Source: Amoebophrya sp. A120 (Eukaryota; Protista; Dinoflagellata). From it: a stretch of DNA of 64,000 bases. How positions within the stretch are numbered: the stretch's first letter is position 1; each line of letters opens with the position of its first letter. The stretch is from the NCBI GenBank assembly GCA_905178155.1, contig CAJINV010000003.1, forward strand, positions 1,122,204 through 1,186,203. The letters are read 5' to 3'. Below are positions 59,455 to 64,000 of the stretch, piece by piece. The translations under genes and the position numbers were made by a program. The notes under the pieces were generated by a model. That model was not told the DNA's origin and did not search any database. It saw only the letters and a list, made by a program, of their open reading frames with translations.

Positions 59455-60618
59455 TCACCACTTGCGACCCTTCTGGTGAGACTTGTAGCCACCTTTCTTC
59501 ACGCCGTGTTTGCCACCGCCCTTGCCACCACCACCGCCCTTCTTGTGGTTGTTGCCGTAGTTGTTCGCGGGTGGTGGGGCAGTGTTCTTCTCCTGCTGGC
59601 GTTTCTTGCGATAGCAGTAATGAACGTCATGTCCTGGACGTTGGCAATACGTACACCAGAGGCCTCCTTGATTCTGCGCGTTGTTACCATAGGGCTGATT
59701 TCGATTCGCATAGGTATTGGAATTGTAGTTTTTGTTGTTGTGTTTTCCCTGTCCTTTGTGACCCTTATTCATCATAACTAAGGCGGTTTGGTTATTGATG
59801 GACTGACACATCAATTGCTGCTCGAAGGTCGCGCCTTCCGGTGCGACGATGAAGTTGGAATTTTTGTTACCAGAAGAAGAAGATGATGATGATGCACCAG
59901 CAAGGAACGCATTGGGGTTTGCGTTTGCGGGGGCGACGTTCGTTCGTGCTAAATGCAAAGTCGCTTGCTGTTCCTTTTCAATATTCATTCTGCCTGATTT
60001 GATGAAGTCCATCACCATTGCCAGTCCTTCTTTCTCCCAAGTAGCTGTAGTACTGTTCAAATTTCTGATCTCCGCCATGATTGTTTTCATGCAAGTCGGG
60101 TCAAGTCGGAATTTGAGGACGTCCCACATCTGGCGATTGATCGCAGCCGCATCTGGGTATCTGTCTTTCAGAAGGAGGATTTTGCTGTACTTTTCTGCGT
60201 AGATCCAAATAGAAAAATCTCCATCCTTCTCCATGTCGTAGCAGACAGTAATCAATTCGTTGTTGGTTGTGTCACTGTCAATTGAAGATGCTTTCTGATC
60301 CCAGTGCGATGACAGAAGGAAGTAACATTTTACAAAACCCACTGTCTGGCTGTTCGTGATCAATTTTGCTGCGTCGTCTTGCAATGCATTCAAAAACGTG
60401 GACTCGAGGGAAAACACATCTTGCTTTTGCTGTGCTGTCAAACCAGGCTGAACATTTTGAAAGTTCGTCTGCTGGGTGTTGTCGTTCAAAATTGCCTGCC
60501 ATTGTGCGTCCAATTCCAATACCATGCTCATCATCGATTTGATTTTATGCTTCCACATCGTCCAGCCCTCGGAGTTCTTTATCTCCGGGCAGATGATCTT
60601 CCGATCTACCGTCGGCAT
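59455..60618 (-). CDS. gag: Copia Gag
   Basis: 387-aa ORF with CCHC zinc knuckle CTYCQRPGHDVHYC, downstream of the 5' LTR. Confidence 0.92.
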   Translation of the reverse strand: MPTVDRKIICPEIKNSEGWTMWKHKIKSMMSMVLELDAQWQAILNDNTQQTNFQNVQPGLTAQQKQDVFSLESTFLNALQDDAAKLITNSQTVGFVKCYFLLSSHWDQKASSIDSDTTNNELITVCYDMEKDGDFSIWIYAEKYSKILLLKDRYPDAAAINRQMWDVLKFRLDPTCMKTIMAEIRNLNSTTATWEKEGLAMVMDFIKSGRMNIEKEQQATLHLARTNVAPANANPNAFLAGASSSSSSSGNKNSNFIVAPEGATFEQQLMCQSINNQTALVMMNKGHKGQGKHNNKNYNSNTYANRNQPYGNNAQNQGGLWCTYCQRPGHDVHYCYRKKRQQEKNTAPPPANNYGNNHKKGGGGGKGGGKHGVKKGGYKSHQKGRKW

Positions 60619-60774
60619 ACCGTCGGGATTCGTAAATCAATCTATTCCAAAAAGAGATTTTTGCGTGTAGATGCCGATGGTGTTCCGACGGAAAAATTTG
60701 GACTTGTGGATGGCGAAGTTGTTCGTTGGCTCGCGATTACCGGTCTCACCGGCGGCACCAAGTGTGAATCAGAA

Positions 60775-61054
60775 TGTTAGGAATTCTGAACACATTCACA
60801 GCATACGAATAGCGGTCGAGTTCGCATCTTTCTGTTTGGAATGATTCAGAACGGAGTACTGATTCACATCTGTATACAGGTGGTGTTTCAAGATGGATTG
60901 ATTCGTTTGGTTTGGTCAACCAGACCACAAAGACGACGAGACGACTAAGCTAAACGGTTAGGATCGTTACTGTGCTGAAGATCAAGATCGATGGAACCAC
61001 GCAGGGGAGCTTGAACACGCATTGCATGCTGTGTGCATAAAGCTCTAGTCAACA
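60775..61054 (-). repeat. 5' LTR (280 bp)
   Basis: Identical by eye to 54776-55055. Confidence 0.96.
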
Positions 61055-62750
61055 GAAACGCAATTTCTTCTCGAAATTCATAGTTACATGCTGCACTGAA
61101 TAATTAAGAATAAATCAAAAATGAATTTTTTTTTTTTTTTAAATACAAATCACAAAAATAACGCAGCGAAATATCACATAGACAACTTCAGATCGGAAAA
61201 AGAGGTGATCCAGGCTCGTCGTCCTTGTTCTATCGCGGCATCGTATTCGTGGTTCGTAAGTGCCATCTGACCCCTTCGCCTTTCGGCTCCAGACTGCTTG
61301 TCCCTTCTCGTCGCGACATGCTACAGTTGTTCACATGGTCAGCAGGCGGTGAGTCACACCACCGAGTTGCCTTCAATCTCGCTGTGCAAGAGAGTCGACA
61401 ACTGTAGTGATGCAACAGCACAGGCGCTGCATTGCTCTTCCTTTTTTCGGTGGTGATTCTGTACCTGATCCGAGTGGCCCACTGCCCCGCCCCTCACGCC
61501 TAAAAAACTAAGCCTAAAGGTCGGGAAATCTCGAATCACAATTGCGTGAGTTTTGAAGAAGCAACTTTTGGGATCCTGTTTTGCCATGACATGCATGACT
61601 GGGCGCAGCGCGATGTTGATGGTCCTACTGGGCTCTTTTTGGAAGTATTGCTACAGGAGGAAGGCAGAGAAGGGGGTAGTTGCTGACTTGTATTTTCACT
61701 TCGAGTCCGGCTCGAAAAAGTAAACGCATGATGAGAATATTCAGAAACTTCCCCCAAGCAAGCCCTCTGAGATGCACGGCTGCGCTTTTTACGTAGCAGC
61801 AAGCCTTTCCCCTTCCCCCTGCAGTATGCTTCTTTGTTGCTTTTTAATTCTTGTCAAAAATGCTCTTTGGTATTGTCGGCGTGGGTTTGGAGACAGTGTG
61901 GCAGCGTGACTCCTGAGACCTTAGAGGGGTGAGGCAACATCAACCCTCCTACACAGTCGAGCATGAGTGAGAACTTCAACACCGCAGCAACTCAAGGAAG
62001 GGAGCAGAAGCCGGGCGAAGAAATTCACACCCGAACTTTAGGTCTCCTGTTTTGGGTCCATTTGTAAAGAAATAAAAAGCGACTCGCTGGGGCCTTTTTT
62101 AACGTTAGGAGTCACGCACTAGCGACATCTTTATCTTTGCCCTTCCTTTGCGTCCCCGCCCGAAAAAAAAATGCGAGCTAGTAACAGATAGAGAATGTCG
62201 TTGAGTCTGTTGGGGCATCAGGCGTAGTGGACATCTAAGCTACCTACTCCACTACCCCATCCTTTGCCCCAACTGTGGAATCCGTTTGGTTTTGTGTGTT
62301 GCTTTAGCCAATCGAACAACGAGCGCTAACGCTGTAAAACCGCGATACGCAAACAGATATCGAAATCGAGACTCTCTATCCTGCTCAGTTAGCCCTCCCC
62401 ATACGAACCTCTAGGCGATACGAACCTCCAGACAAAAGCAAAGCTTAAACTCAGTTAAAAGTGTTTCTTTGTAAGTAATTGAATTTATTTGGTCGCTTAC
62501 TACCCCGGAGCTTGTGCCACGGTGAAAATTGGAACGATTCTCGTCGTAATGCTTCGCGTTGAGGATGAAACTGTGAAAGCGACCAGTTGTGGTTGTGAAA
62601 TTGAAAAAGAAAAGCATTGACTCCGTACTAAATTGCAGGAGATGTCATCCGGTCTCTCGAAACAGCTCCAAGTATACTCAGGTCAAGTAACCTGACAGTT
62701 CGTTGGCTGCAACTACAACCCGTTTTATTTGGTAAAAGCTCGCTTCGGCC

Positions 62751-63066
62751 TTAGATGAGTTCCAGCTCGTCAATGCCTTCCTGGAAAGCTTGCGCGAATT
62801 TGTCGCCGTCGCCGTCCGATGCCTCCCCGGCCTTTTTGAAAATCGTGCAAAAGTCGTTGATGGCCTTGATCGCAGCGTCCTTGCCGTCCCGCTCCTGGAC
62901 GAAAACCGCGATCTGCAAAATGTCCGAGTAGTACTTGAAGCCGCCCGCTTTAATCGCCTCGTTCTCCTCGGCAAACGCCGATCTCTTCCGCGTTCGGGTC
63001 CTCTGCCCACGCCTCGCCGAAGGCGGTGAACATGTCCATGGCACCAGAAAAGGTCGGGCCGCCCAT
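62751..63066 (-). pseudogene. Small acidic helical protein gene with a single frameshift
   Basis: ATG at 63066 gives MGGPTFSGAMDMFTAFGEAWAEDPNAEEI; skipping one G (62979) continues AFAEENEAIKAGGFKYYSDILQ...ELELI-stop, with GC3-rich codons in both parts. Confidence 0.55.
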
Positions 63067-63682
63067 TTTGTTTTAAGACTTCTGACTGGGGATGTGTATT
63101 AAAAAAGTAAAAGAGCTTTTAGTCTTTTACTTTACTTGGCGGGTATTAAATTTATTCGATGAAGTAGATGAAGTTCTGTATTTAGAGTAGGTGTTTTCCT
63201 TTTCACTCTCTGATAATGACCTCAGACACAGGAGCTACTTGTTCTCCGGGTTCTTAGGTGCGGACCTGTTTTTTGACACATAGCCTTTGAGTTTGCATTT
63301 CTTATTCTTTGCTTTCATCTTGAGAATGAGTTCGACGAGCGCGACAGAATCGTCGACCAAAGCTTCGAAGATCTACATCAATCTACTTCTTTGACATGCA
63401 ATGCATCAAAGCGAGGACCGACAAGGCACGGGATACCGAAAAGGGAAATTTTTGCTACACGCGCGAACCGAATGCTGCCGTATTGGAATGGCTACTCGAA
63501 TGGTCTACCGAGTATCTAAACGGGGCTGATTGACAAATGACCGATTTTCATTTCATTACTTAGGGGACGAGGCTATCACGGGCGATGAGAGGCAAACGGC
63601 GGTCACAAGAAGCCGCGACATTGGAACCCAATCCGGACTCGCCCTGCGGCGCCGTGCACTTGCTGGGCAAACGATCGGCGGT

Positions 63683-64000
63683 CCCCGGTTCCGGGGATTT
63701 CAGTCCGATATCGCGCCCGCCGCGATCGGCCATACCGCCGGGCGAGGCAAAAACGGCCCCACGGATTTTTGCCCGGAATCGGCCTCCCGCGGCTCCGGAG
63801 ATTTTCGCCCGATTTTGCGTCCGCCACGGTCGACCATACCGCCGGGCGAAGCAAAAACGGCCCCACGGATTTTTGCCCGAAATCGGCCTCCCCAGGTTCC
63901 GGGGATTTTCGTCCGCTTTCGCGCTCGCCACGGCCGGCCATACCGCCGGGCGAAGCAAAAACGGCCCCACGGATTTTTGCCCGAAATCGGCCTCCCCAGG
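63683..64000. repeat. GC-rich tandem repeat, 104-bp unit, continuing past the window end
   Basis: CCATACCGCCGGGCGA recurs at 63730, 63834 and 63938 with near-identical intervening sequence. Confidence 0.92.

Larger units (their letters stand above)
54776..61054 (-). mobile_element. Full-length Ty1/copia LTR retrotransposon
   Basis: Two 280-bp TG...CA LTRs, 5-bp TSD GAAAC (54771-54775 and 61055-61059), PPT, and Gag-PR-IN-RT-RH domain order. Confidence 0.97.

Noticed and set aside
59455-59457. Genome-wide stop-codon reassignment as the explanation for the gag UGA
   Set aside because: Long host exons have no in-frame stops and genes end in TAA, TAG and TGA, consistent with the standard code.
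61125-62200. T16 run as the poly(A) tail of a retroposed copy
   Set aside because: No target-site duplication or recognisable coding remnant upstream on the minus strand.
63683-64000. CRISPR array or coding repeat
   Set aside because: Whole units repeat without unique spacers, the context is eukaryotic, and 104 is not a multiple of three.

Overview
Eukaryotic, intron-containing genomic DNA. All eleven host protein-coding genes I could model, one frameshifted small gene and an intact retrotransposon lie on the minus strand. Genes: CCDC57-like, polycystin-2/TRPP-like channel, an ankyrin + voltage-sensor-like + cyclic nucleotide phosphodiesterase fusion, a protein with four WW/MBD-like repeats, M3 metallopeptidase, two low-complexity secreted/membrane proteins, RCC1-repeat protein, WD40 protein, a coiled-coil protein and an extended NDC80. 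About 30 introns are ordinary GT-AG. Two introns (16585-16760 and 37087-37918) cannot be read as GT-AG. They are TIR transposon-like introners with TATC...GATA ends and 5-bp direct repeats whose last G completes a GTATC donor. The unidirectional clustering and introners suggest a syndinian dinoflagellate such as Amoebophrya (inference only). A full-length Ty1/copia element (54776-61054) has identical 280-bp LTRs, a GAAAC target-site duplication, gag and pol in one frame separated by a single UGA, and an unusual primer region that looks capable of self-priming. All gene models are by-eye splice predictions without transcript support.
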